A stretch of 64,000 nt of DNA from a virus (taxonomy: Duplodnaviria; Caudoviricetes). The notes beneath the pieces were generated by a model. That model saw only the letters and a program-made list of their open reading frames with translations. It searched no databases and was not told the DNA's origin. Both the position numbers and the translations under genes were made by a program. The DNA is taken from the IMG/VR virus record IMGVR_UViG_3300034053_000029, positions 96,001 through 160,000 of that record; one strand, written 5' to 3'. Position 1 is the first letter of the stretch. Each line of letters starts with the position of its first letter. Positions 18,516 through 27,465 of this stretch are shown piece after piece.

Positions 18516-19181
18516 TTATTCAAACTTGCTATTAGCCTCGACAGAAATATAACAGGTTAGAGGAATATCCTTATGAACAAATTGACCAATCTTCTTGCTT
18601 GAGATATTGAGAGTGTATGACCCACCGAAAAGTTTAGACAGCTTATCTAATTTAAAATAAACTTCAAACTCGTTGGTGGTACTCGCATCTAGTTCAAGCT
18701 CATAGGTATTGCTTGTTGGATTCTTAACGTCAAAAATCTTTGCCTTGATTGAGTTGCCGTCGCCAATAAAAACGATGTCGCCAACACTTAGAGCAGAAGA
18801 AACCTTCTGCATACGGTTTAGTTGATCTTGAGTGACATCAAAAGTAATCTCTGGAGTTGGGAATACCAAGTCCTTAGATGGAGTTGTGATGCAAGAAACA
18901 TCAGCATAAACATACTTGATCTTGTTATTACCTTCTTCAATGGTAACGAACTTATCATCGAAATCAAACTCAGGCTTATTGAATAGTGAAATAACACCTA
19001 GAAATTCATTCATATTGAATATACCTGCTTCCTTTGGCATAGTCTCTTCTAGGTCAACAATAGCAAGGATATCTCGTGTCTCTGATACCGTCTTTTGTTT
19101 GGTTCCTGGTCGAATTAGGAAGTTGCTGTTGATTGCGGCAAAATTCTTCATTAGGTCTGTTGTCAGTTTACTTAGTTGCAT
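18516..19181 (-). CDS. gp45: Sliding clamp (gp45)
   Basis: MQLSKLTTDLMKNFAAINSN..., IFNMNEFL; synteny. Confidence 0.95.
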   Translation of the reverse strand: MQLSKLTTDLMKNFAAINSNFLIRPGTKQKTVSETRDILAIVDLEETMPKEAGIFNMNEFLGVISLFNKPEFDFDDKFVTIEEGNNKIKYVYADVSCITTPSKDLVFPTPEITFDVTQDQLNRMQKVSSALSVGDIVFIGDGNSIKAKIFDVKNPTSNTYELELDASTTNEFEVYFKLDKLSKLFGGSYTLNISSKKIGQFVHKDIPLTCYISVEANSKFE

Positions 19182-19410
19182 TTAGTTCCCTCTCACGTTT
19201 TGAAATTTCATCTTGAAGATACCATACCGCTTTCTTCAAATCCTCGATAGCAGCATTCTTCCAGTCACATCGCCACGAATATTTTACAGCATTTCCTATA
19301 TTAAACCCCATATGTCGGGTTATGTCAATACACTCGATTGGACTCCCGCAGGAAGAACAAACTGCTTTGCTAGACGTGTAGTGTTTTGGGTGAGAAACAT
19401 TATCAATCAT
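19168..19410 (-). CDS. DUF3310-like protein
   Basis: DNVSHPKHY...IECID...GNAVKY.WR...EDLKKAVWYL. Confidence 0.85.
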   Translation of the reverse strand: MIDNVSHPKHYTSSKAVCSSCGSPIECIDITRHMGFNIGNAVKYSWRCDWKNAAIEDLKKAVWYLQDEISKRERELNATK

Positions 19411-19600
19411 TTACCCTAATATCCTCCATAGTTTTCATGATACACGCAGTAGACACAACAAAATATCTGGAGAATACACCTTTGATGTGTTGCCCTGCCC
19501 CAAGATCAACAACCACAAATGGTTTATTATTGATCTGCACTTCTTGAAGAACCTCAACATCAAGAGGTTCTTCAAGTGGTCTTGCCAACTTTACTTTCAT
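19403..19600 (-). CDS. Hypothetical protein
   Basis: 65 aa, coupled to rIIB. Confidence 0.6.
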   Translation of the reverse strand: MKVKLARPLEEPLDVEVLQEVQINNKPFVVVDLGAGQHIKGVFSRYFVVSTACIMKTMEDIRVND

Positions 19601-20586
19601 TTCATGCTATCCAATTCAGATACATCAATTCCAAAGTAACTTGCAACAATGACCTTCTTCACAAAGTGACCAGTTTCGTTTCTCCAACATCCAACGGAGT
19701 CATCGAACCAGTACTTGTCATTATCGTATGATTCATCGGTCTCGTCAAGGTCTTGATCGAAATCTTCCTCATAATACTCGGTTGCATCATAATTAACGAC
19801 AGACTTGGTGGTGAAATCCTCACTCTCAAGTTGCTTGCGCCACTCGACGTTATTAACCTCACCAACGACTTCATACTTGCAGGTACGACCCTTGGCATTA
19901 TTATAATCGTTAGGGATAGACACAACGTCAGCAGGATTAATTTTAACGAGCATACAACGGCTATCGTTGGTCTGACCGTAGTGTGGCAGGTATCCCTTGC
20001 TGCAAAAGTGAAGTCCTGATGAGCAGGTGTTGGTGCGCTTGTCATCTACTTCAAAACGCTCCATTTCACAAACGGCACCAACAGAATTATCGAACTTAAC
20101 AGAATAGATATCTAGGTAATCATTACGGACGATCTTATACGCAATGAAATGTCCATCTGGTGTGATTGGAAGTTCGCTTTGTTCTAGGAACAGGAACAAT
20201 TCATCGATAGCGGTCTTGGAAGGATTCTGATACAGGTTCTCGATAAAATTAACCAGTGGGGCAGTATCAAACCCCTCGGTTGACATTTTGATTGCCTTTG
20301 CCACGATAGCATCGGCAAGGTCGTATGACTTGAAACTATTCTGAAACGTGATCTTACCAATTCCGTTGTTGATAGTAATTCCGACCTTACCAGACGAACT
20401 AGCAAACGAAATCTTGCTCATGATAACCTTGGTGTCCATTGCTTCTGCCTTGTCATACTCACCGGCAGCAACGAATTTCTTAAATTGCTCAAAACGTGGA
20501 TCGGAGCAGAACACGCTAAACTGATTTCCAGTAGCGATGTTGATAAGGGTGATTTGATCGTCATTCATGAAAAAAGTGTAGCTCAT
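19597..20586 (-). CDS. rIIB: rIIB lysis-inhibition protein
   Basis: LPITPDGHFIAYK, CSSGLHFCS..Y, VKINPADVVSIPNDYNNAKGRTCKYEV. Confidence 0.95.
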   Translation of the reverse strand: MSYTFFMNDDQITLINIATGNQFSVFCSDPRFEQFKKFVAAGEYDKAEAMDTKVIMSKISFASSSGKVGITINNGIGKITFQNSFKSYDLADAIVAKAIKMSTEGFDTAPLVNFIENLYQNPSKTAIDELFLFLEQSELPITPDGHFIAYKIVRNDYLDIYSVKFDNSVGAVCEMERFEVDDKRTNTCSSGLHFCSKGYLPHYGQTNDSRCMLVKINPADVVSIPNDYNNAKGRTCKYEVVGEVNNVEWRKQLESEDFTTKSVVNYDATEYYEEDFDQDLDETDESYDNDKYWFDDSVGCWRNETGHFVKKVIVASYFGIDVSELDSMK

Positions 20587-20589
20587 TTT

Positions 20590-22665
20590 TTAAACTCCAG
20601 TAGTAAGAAGGTAGGACTTCAAAAGATCATCAGGAACATCGTTTACTTCAAGATACTTAACCAACGGATACGCATTATATACCTTTTCTTCGATTGAAGC
20701 AAGAGTCATGAACTCGCTAGGTTCAACAATTTTCTGCTTCAGCAACTCGGCAAGCTCAGTCAGTTTTTCGTACTCAGCAGAACTCTTATAAGAATTCTTA
20801 TACTCATCAATAAGTTTCTGCCACATCTTAGACATTTCATTCCAAACAGAATCTGAATCGGTAGTAACGCCTTTCTTCATTAAACAGTTGAAATCGTTCC
20901 AATTCGATGCCGCCTTGATCGATTCTTGAGATATAACATGAGCATCAATGAAGGCAACCGTATTCTTTTCGTTGAAATCTTGTTTTGCGAACTCAACAAT
21001 CTCGATACACTCATCTGGAATTTCCGTACCAGTTTTCAAACCAATCAAAACAACATTCCTCGATTGCTTATAGAAACGAACAAGAGGCAGTTGAGCTTCA
21101 AGGATGGAATCGAAAGAGAACGAACTATCAAAGTGGAAGGCAACCAAATCCTTATCAGAATTTTCCAAAAGGTCTTGTGCTTCATCCTCGGTATAACGGA
21201 TAAATGAATTTGAACGAATCTTCCAAAGACCAGACTTTTTAACAACATCATCCTTGTTGCGCTCTCGCTTTATTGGTTCGGCAAGATCGGATGCCTTAGT
21301 GACAAACTGTTGCAATTCAGACGGGATAACGAAAGACTGAGGGACAATCATCGTGGTGTAACCAACGCACCATGAACGAACCCTTGACTTAGTATTCTTG
21401 ACATCATCAACAACAATCTTGATCGTATCAAGATCACTGATACGCAGGTTAAGGTTCTTGGTATTGTCCTTATGATTTGTTTCTTCAGTAATTTTGTGAG
21501 TCTTGAAGCAGGTGAAATTCGGCTTGAGTTGAGAAATCTTTGCCGTACCATCAAACACACTAATGCCGTCTGTATTGACGTTTGACAACGTGTAGATATG
21601 CAGATTGCGTTCTGTAATCGTACCAAACGTAGCACACTTCACAAACGGAATGATCTTTGATGGAGAATTAACAAAGATTTCCCTACCGACCTTTGCGACG
21701 TTTTTATAAAAGTCTAGCTTATCGATGGACGATGCAACTTGAGCATCAACCCAATTCATAAACTCATCACGCATAACTTGCAAACGGTCTTTGATGTTCT
21801 GAATCGTGTACTTCGTATATTGAAGTTGCTCACGAGATAGTGACGTTTCCAAAGTTCCAACAGGGAAATCAAGTTCCATGTCGAAGTTGAGCATATTCAT
21901 AAGCTCAGGGGTAAGTGCCTCTTCCATCGTGCGCTTATCAACTTCGTAACCACGTTGTGTAGTTACAAAAATTGCCTTGGAGTAGTAACCACCACCATTC
22001 TTGATTCTCCAACCATTACCAGATACAACAAACTTTGGGGTGTCGAAGTGTACGGTATGACGTTGAATATTAGGACGCACTTTGTAGTGCTTAAACACTT
22101 CAGCAACTTCGGACTTCCATGAGTACGAATTACTAGCACTCACCGGAATGATTACCTCAATGCCAGATTCTTCATCGGTATCTTGTGAGCGAATCTTAGT
22201 AAGTGAAGGAACTCCACGCCCATCGATGAACACAAGGTACTCTGAGCATACACCTTCAAAACGAGAAATTACCGTCCATGTGCTAGTAACAGCAGCAGGT
22301 GACTTGCTACCGATACCATAGGCACCGATAAACTCATTAGAATCAGTCTTGGTGGATTCACCGTAGGTAGTGAGAAGATTGTATACCGCATCTTCACTCA
22401 AGCCTGGGCCATAATCACGAAAACGGATGTTGTTATCCATGTTCGTTGGCATATACAAGTCCCAAGGACGATCTTGATTACCATTCAATACATGGGCATC
22501 ATTACAATTGGCACCAATCTCATACAGGACGGCACGTTGCTTGTTAGAATACAGAGAAGTAGACAACATAGCAAACAGCTTGCTGCTGTTGCTAGAGATA
22601 CCAAATTCCTTTGCACCAGAAATGTTGGTAAGAGTTCCACTTGCTGCTGCGCCATTGAGTTGCAT
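20590..22665 (-). CDS. rIIA: rIIA protein (GHKL ATPase N-terminus)
   Basis: LYSNKQRAVLYEIGANC.DAH, RDYGPGL, YGESTK, GAYGIGSKSP. Confidence 0.92.
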   Translation of the reverse strand: MQLNGAAASGTLTNISGAKEFGISSNSSKLFAMLSTSLYSNKQRAVLYEIGANCNDAHVLNGNQDRPWDLYMPTNMDNNIRFRDYGPGLSEDAVYNLLTTYGESTKTDSNEFIGAYGIGSKSPAAVTSTWTVISRFEGVCSEYLVFIDGRGVPSLTKIRSQDTDEESGIEVIIPVSASNSYSWKSEVAEVFKHYKVRPNIQRHTVHFDTPKFVVSGNGWRIKNGGGYYSKAIFVTTQRGYEVDKRTMEEALTPELMNMLNFDMELDFPVGTLETSLSREQLQYTKYTIQNIKDRLQVMRDEFMNWVDAQVASSIDKLDFYKNVAKVGREIFVNSPSKIIPFVKCATFGTITERNLHIYTLSNVNTDGISVFDGTAKISQLKPNFTCFKTHKITEETNHKDNTKNLNLRISDLDTIKIVVDDVKNTKSRVRSWCVGYTTMIVPQSFVIPSELQQFVTKASDLAEPIKRERNKDDVVKKSGLWKIRSNSFIRYTEDEAQDLLENSDKDLVAFHFDSSFSFDSILEAQLPLVRFYKQSRNVVLIGLKTGTEIPDECIEIVEFAKQDFNEKNTVAFIDAHVISQESIKAASNWNDFNCLMKKGVTTDSDSVWNEMSKMWQKLIDEYKNSYKSSAEYEKLTELAELLKQKIVEPSEFMTLASIEEKVYNAYPLVKYLEVNDVPDDLLKSYLLTTGV

Positions 22666-22668
22666 GAT

Positions 22669-22890
22669 TTAGCCTTTACGATAGAGATTAAAATTTACAC
22701 CAGACCAAACTTGTTGAACTTGCTCAAGTTCGTCCGACACAACGAATTCTACTCGCTTCTTTTTTGTCTGTCCATCGATATTTTCAAGTGTCTGATTCTT
22801 TTCATCTTTTCCGTAGCTTCCTCGAACTAGGACGGCATTCGGATTGTTGAATTGGAGAGACTTGCGCTCTTGTAGTGTAGTTAGCCACAT
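22669..22890 (-). CDS. Hypothetical protein, first gene of the rII operon
   Basis: 73 aa with AGGAG RBS. Confidence 0.65.
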   Translation of the reverse strand: MWLTTLQERKSLQFNNPNAVLVRGSYGKDEKNQTLENIDGQTKKKRVEFVVSDELEQVQQVWSGVNFNLYRKG

Positions 22891-22922
22891 AATTGAACTC
22901 CTGTAGGGTTAATGGAGTCCGA

Positions 22923-22931
22923 ATTATAACA
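22923..22931 (-). promoter_or_regulatory. Extended -10 promoter TGtTATAAT
   Basis: Upstream of the rII operon; no good -35. Confidence 0.55.
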
Positions 22932-22954
22932 CAATCAAACGACCATTGGCTAAG

Positions 22955-24658
22955 TCATTGAATCGTTGTGAAATTGTTCTTCTTAACTAACTTTAACGTC
23001 TGATCGAACTTATCTGCAATGTTCTCTCTATGTGAGACAACAAACACATTATTGTTCTTCATAGCCTTCAAAAGCTCAATCGTCAAGTCCATTCCATTAC
23101 CGTCCATCGAACTATCGACAATTTCATCTAAGATGATTAGATTAGTATTAATGGAATTTTTCATCGTAGCAATTGTTCTCCAACAGAAGATCAATGCCAT
23201 ATCGATTCTCTGACGCTCCCCTTGACTAAAGGAATCGTATGTGAATGTATCACGATGCCTAGACTTAATGACTTCGTTGAAATTTTCATCAAGGTTGAAG
23301 TTGACGAACAATTCCAATTTGGACAAATGTTGGTTCACCATTTTGTTTATTGTTGGGACATATTGCTTAACGATCTTTGATTTTATTCCGCTGTCATGAA
23401 GGAACCCTTGGGCAACCGATTGTAATTCTTGTTGCTCTAAAAGTTCTTTCTTTTGTTTATCTAGCTGAACAATTTTCTTAGCCAAATCTTTTAGCTTTGA
23501 TTTGTCTGGTGGATTTTGAATCTCATCTTCAAGTGCCTCTAGTTGAGAATTCACCTTCTTCAAAAGAAGATTGTTCCCATAAAATTGTTCGTTCAATGTT
23601 CTCATCGATTCGTTACATGAGGTTAACGATGATCTAGTATTATCATATCCTGAGATACTTACTTTCAACGCATCTTCCTTGTAAACCAAATCGTCCAATT
23701 GTTGTTGTAATTTTAATATGCTAGATGAAAGATTCTGTCTAGCAATATCCTTAAACTCTTTTGGTAGCTTTTGATTACATGATGAACATTCATTAACATT
23801 ATCGATATCGTCCAAATCGGACTGAACTGATGATATTTTTGATATGATTGCCTTCTTTTTGGATGTCAATCCAGATAAAGATTCTTCTAACTCAGACAAC
23901 TCATGCAATCTGGTTGTAAGTTTTTCATGATCTGCATCTAGTTTAGATAACTCGTCTTTAATCCTCAATGTATCGGCATTGATTCTAGACTTTTCATCCA
24001 ACAATATTGTTTTGTTTTCTTCTGTTGAAGAAGATTTCTCTTTAATTTGATTCGATATTAATTTGGCAACCTCCTTCTTCGCAGCTAACTCAACATCAAC
24101 TATTTTCAACGTATCTTTCGTTGTTTTGATTTGACTAGATAGCATTTTATTCATAGCGGAAAACACACGAATATCCAACAAATCTTCGATGAACTCTCGC
24201 CTATGTGCAGAATCTAGTTTCATGAATGGAATATATGCAGCACTACCCATAACAACAACTTGGGTGAATGCTCTATAATTCATTTTCAATATTTGCTGCT
24301 CCAATACCTTTTGATAATCCTTAACATTTGGGTCTTGGTTTATCAGATCGCCATTTTGATAAATCTCAAACGTGTTTGGCTTTATCCCTCTAATCACCTT
24401 ATACTCAGTCTTACCAATCGAAAACTCAACAGTAGAAGAACACTTTTTTTGGTTTATGGAGTTGACTAATTGTGGTTTTGTAATTTTCCTATACGCCTTA
24501 CCAAAAAGACAAAAGCATAATCCATCAAGCATAACACTTTTACCAGTACCATTTGGTGCGGTTATAAGGGTAGTATTAGCTTTATTCAAATGAATGGTGA
24601 CTGCAGAATTTCCAATAGACATAAAATTCTGCAGAGTAATCGATTTAAATATAATCAT
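22955..24658 (-). CDS. gp46: Recombination exonuclease ATPase subunit (gp46, SbcC/Rad50)
   Basis: APNGTGKS, CSSC zinc hook, FSQGERQRID, ILDE. Confidence 0.97.
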   Translation of the reverse strand: MIIFKSITLQNFMSIGNSAVTIHLNKANTTLITAPNGTGKSVMLDGLCFCLFGKAYRKITKPQLVNSINQKKCSSTVEFSIGKTEYKVIRGIKPNTFEIYQNGDLINQDPNVKDYQKVLEQQILKMNYRAFTQVVVMGSAAYIPFMKLDSAHRREFIEDLLDIRVFSAMNKMLSSQIKTTKDTLKIVDVELAAKKEVAKLISNQIKEKSSSTEENKTILLDEKSRINADTLRIKDELSKLDADHEKLTTRLHELSELEESLSGLTSKKKAIISKISSVQSDLDDIDNVNECSSCNQKLPKEFKDIARQNLSSSILKLQQQLDDLVYKEDALKVSISGYDNTRSSLTSCNESMRTLNEQFYGNNLLLKKVNSQLEALEDEIQNPPDKSKLKDLAKKIVQLDKQKKELLEQQELQSVAQGFLHDSGIKSKIVKQYVPTINKMVNQHLSKLELFVNFNLDENFNEVIKSRHRDTFTYDSFSQGERQRIDMALIFCWRTIATMKNSINTNLIILDEIVDSSMDGNGMDLTIELLKAMKNNNVFVVSHRENIADKFDQTLKLVKKNNFTTIQ

Positions 24659-25713
24659 TCAAGGGTACTCATAGCCTCTAGGTATAGGGATTTCATCATA
24701 GATTTTAATTTAGGTTTGTCTGCGTCAATGTTCGCCTGATCAATATATGACTCAACCAATGAGAGGGAATCCTCAGTAGCTATGTCATCGTCATCCACAT
24801 AAATGTCACAAAACTCTTCTACTATCTTAAAATCTGCTGCACCACAATTATATAACAGGTCAACCAACAAATCAAACTGGTATGGGTCGGTTTTCTTAAC
24901 AACTACCAACTTGACATATTTTCCTTCTAAGCCAGAAGTATCAAATGTCTTCCAGTATGAAGTGCCTTGGTTTTCGTCATTCCACTCAATTTTATGAAAC
25001 AATGAATACTCATTTCGAATAAATCGTTTAGAATGAGAAACAGTGTCTAGAATGAGAAACCCTTTTTTATCGTCGTAGTCTGCCCATGTAAACTCGAAAG
25101 GACTTCCGGTGTAGTAAATGTTGTCGGAATGTGACCTATGATGATAGTGCCCACTATACACCATTCTAAACGATTTGAATATGTCTTTACTCATTCCTTC
25201 GGTTGCTGTATGACCAACGTACATGTCAAATCCGACAAGTTCAAGATGCCCAAAACAAATTGAATCTTTGCTCGACTTAATGAACTCGGAAACATCAGCT
25301 TCATTATCTTGACATATCCAAGGAATGAATGAGAAAGAATTTTCTCCCAAAATGCTTGTTTTGGGAGTGTCATATATTACGATATTGTCATAATGACTTA
25401 GGAATAAGTCAATGGTGTTTGCTTTCAACGTATGCTTAAACGGACAATCGTGGTTTCCTACCAAAACGTGCATTTTGATTCCACTAGCAAGAAGTGGGTC
25501 AAAGAACTTCTCTTTCCATACGTCCAGAGTTTTATGGTTGGTGTATTGTCTCCTATCGAACAAATCACCAAGACAAACAAAGTCGGTTATGTTATGGTTC
25601 AACAGATATGGGATAAATTGGTCGTTGAGGAATTTCAACTGATAATTCATTAAATGAATCGAATCGTTCCTGCCCCCAACGTGAAAATCACCGATTACTC
25701 CCACTTTAGACAT
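24655..25713 (-). CDS. gp47: Recombination nuclease subunit (gp47, SbcD/Mre11)
   Basis: GDFH, LGDLFD, GNHD, GHLE, SGHYH. Confidence 0.97.
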   Translation of the reverse strand: MSKVGVIGDFHVGGRNDSIHLMNYQLKFLNDQFIPYLLNHNITDFVCLGDLFDRRQYTNHKTLDVWKEKFFDPLLASGIKMHVLVGNHDCPFKHTLKANTIDLFLSHYDNIVIYDTPKTSILGENSFSFIPWICQDNEADVSEFIKSSKDSICFGHLELVGFDMYVGHTATEGMSKDIFKSFRMVYSGHYHHRSHSDNIYYTGSPFEFTWADYDDKKGFLILDTVSHSKRFIRNEYSLFHKIEWNDENQGTSYWKTFDTSGLEGKYVKLVVVKKTDPYQFDLLVDLLYNCGAADFKIVEEFCDIYVDDDDIATEDSLSLVESYIDQANIDADKPKLKSMMKSLYLEAMSTLE

Positions 25714-25724
25714 ATATTAATTCC

Positions 25725-25732
25725 TATAAATA
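25725..25732 (+). promoter_or_regulatory. Late promoter TATAAATA
   Basis: Exact T4 late consensus. Confidence 0.8.
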
Positions 25733-25737
25733 ATAAT

Positions 25738-25772
25738 GCTAGTCACGATGTAATCAGCATCTACTAGCTCTA
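25738..25772 (+). ncRNA. Conserved hairpin leader, copy 1
   Basis: GCTAGT-CAC-GATG-loop-CATC-T-ACTAGC-TCTA; same architecture as 44016-44049. Confidence 0.6.
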
Positions 25773-25805
25773 ATCATTCTACCATCAACTCTAAGGAGAG
25801 TCAAT

Positions 25806-26468
25806 ATGACCAGCACTAATATTTATTACGTTTACGCATACATTAGAGCAAAAGATAGTCCAATCGCAAAAGCAGGAACCCCATACTACATTGGAAAAGG
25901 TTGTGGCAAACGAGCATACGTTAAACACAAAAACGGAACCACAACTCCATCAGATAAATCTAAGATTGTTATTTTAGAATCAAATTTGACTGAAATTGGG
26001 GCATTGGCATTAGAACGTCGGATGATTGCTTGGTGGGGAAAGAAAAATGATAAAACAGGAATTCTACACAATAAATCAGATGGTGGAGAAGGTACATCTG
26101 GATTCTCTTACAAGAGATCGGACGAAACAAAAAATAAATTATCAGAAATAAAAAGAACAGATAAGTATATAAAAATAGCAATAAATAATCTTCCTAAAAA
26201 TATCTGTGGTGAGAATAATGGAATGTATGGTAAAAATCATACAGAAAAATCTAGAAATCAGATGAAGTTAACAAGATCGGTAAGAAACAAAGCTAATGAT
26301 TTGAAATCGTATTCCAGAGTCAAATCATTAGAAGAAATTAATAAAATTAAAGCGTCAAGAAAACCATTCAACCGAGTTACACGAATCTTTGATAGAAAAG
26401 AAATGGATATAGGAAATTTTGCTAAATGGGTTAAATTAATTACTCAAAGAACTTCTCCAGACCTATAG
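25806..26468 (+). CDS. GIY-YIG homing endonuclease (NUMOD3-type)
   Basis: YYVYAY...PYYIGKG...R, LERRMI, LHNKSDGGEG. Confidence 0.9.
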   Translation: MTSTNIYYVYAYIRAKDSPIAKAGTPYYIGKGCGKRAYVKHKNGTTTPSDKSKIVILESNLTEIGALALERRMIAWWGKKNDKTGILHNKSDGGEGTSGFSYKRSDETKNKLSEIKRTDKYIKIAINNLPKNICGENNGMYGKNHTEKSRNQMKLTRSVRNKANDLKSYSRVKSLEEINKIKASRKPFNRVTRIFDRKEMDIGNFAKWVKLITQRTSPDL

Positions 26469-26961
26469 GTTGTTTTGGTTTGTTTGTGGTATCATCATGT
26501 AGGAACTTGTTATCCTGAAGGTAATCCATTATGTGATGTGAGTAAGGAATTCCATCTTCGTCATGATCTTGAATGGCGAATAAATCTTCTAGAGGCATTT
26601 CTCTAATCAACGATCCCTTAATCTTTTGTTGCTTCTCTTCAACTTGAATTCGTCTAATGAATGCATTCCACATGATTTGGGTAATGTATGCAAATGGGTT
26701 GCTTGACTTATCAGGATCAAAATTGTCAACGACTTTGAGTCCATTCTCAATTGCGTCACCAATCATTTCATCTTTAAAAGTGTAGTTGATAAAATTAGGA
26801 CGATAACTAAGTCTCCTTGCAATTTCCATCAAGACAAACCCCAAGTAATCATCTATCTGTTCTGGCTCTTCGCCATTCTCTTTTCTAATTCTATTTCTCT
26901 CTCTTCGCAAAATCAAATGATTCAGAAGGTCTTTATTGTTAACATAATTTTTAGTTGTCAT
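26440..26961 (-). CDS. gp55: Late sigma factor (gp55)
   Basis: NYVNNKDL, RPNFINYTFKDEMIGDAIEN, NPFAYITQI. Confidence 0.97.
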   Translation of the reverse strand: MTTKNYVNNKDLLNHLILRRERNRIRKENGEEPEQIDDYLGFVLMEIARRLSYRPNFINYTFKDEMIGDAIENGLKVVDNFDPDKSSNPFAYITQIMWNAFIRRIQVEEKQQKIKGSLIREMPLEDLFAIQDHDEDGIPYSHHIMDYLQDNKFLHDDTTNKPKQPIGLEKFFE

Positions 26962-26973
26962 ATATCGAAATCC

Positions 26974-27465
26974 TCAGTGTAATGTTACGTTCTTTTTTAA
27001 TTTTATGTCATCATCAACTTTGTCCTCATCGGATGAAATAAATGTTTTCCTTAATATAGCATCATCTAACCCATACTTCTTAGAAGCAAGTGCTATAACC
27101 GACTCAATATCTTCTCTCATGGAATGGAATGCATCTTCAATGTCACCACCATTTCTTACCTTAATTGCATGTGTTCTTTGAATCTCGTCAATCAGGTATC
27201 TAAGGTTAGACATCCCATAAAATTTAGTGTAGTCATCTGATAATTTCCCAACATACATAACAACTTCGGTTGGAATATCGAATTCGTTGTCATCAGTGAA
27301 AGGTATCCACTTTGATAAGGATATTCCATCTGAATCATCATCAGACTTATACATTCTAACATTAAGAGGATTATGTATCCTTAGTAGATTATCGTCAATC
27401 TTAGCTAATTCGGCAAAAATATTCTCTCCAGATTTTAGCTTTATGCAGACAAATTTATTTTTCAA
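26974..27465 (-). CDS. Conserved hypothetical protein (Sm-like beta N-terminus) downstream of uvsW
   Basis: CIKLKSGENIFAE...LSKWIPFTDD. Confidence 0.75.
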   Translation of the reverse strand: MKNKFVCIKLKSGENIFAELAKIDDNLLRIHNPLNVRMYKSDDDSDGISLSKWIPFTDDNEFDIPTEVVMYVGKLSDDYTKFYGMSNLRYLIDEIQRTHAIKVRNGGDIEDAFHSMREDIESVIALASKKYGLDDAILRKTFISSDEDKVDDDIKLKKNVTLH

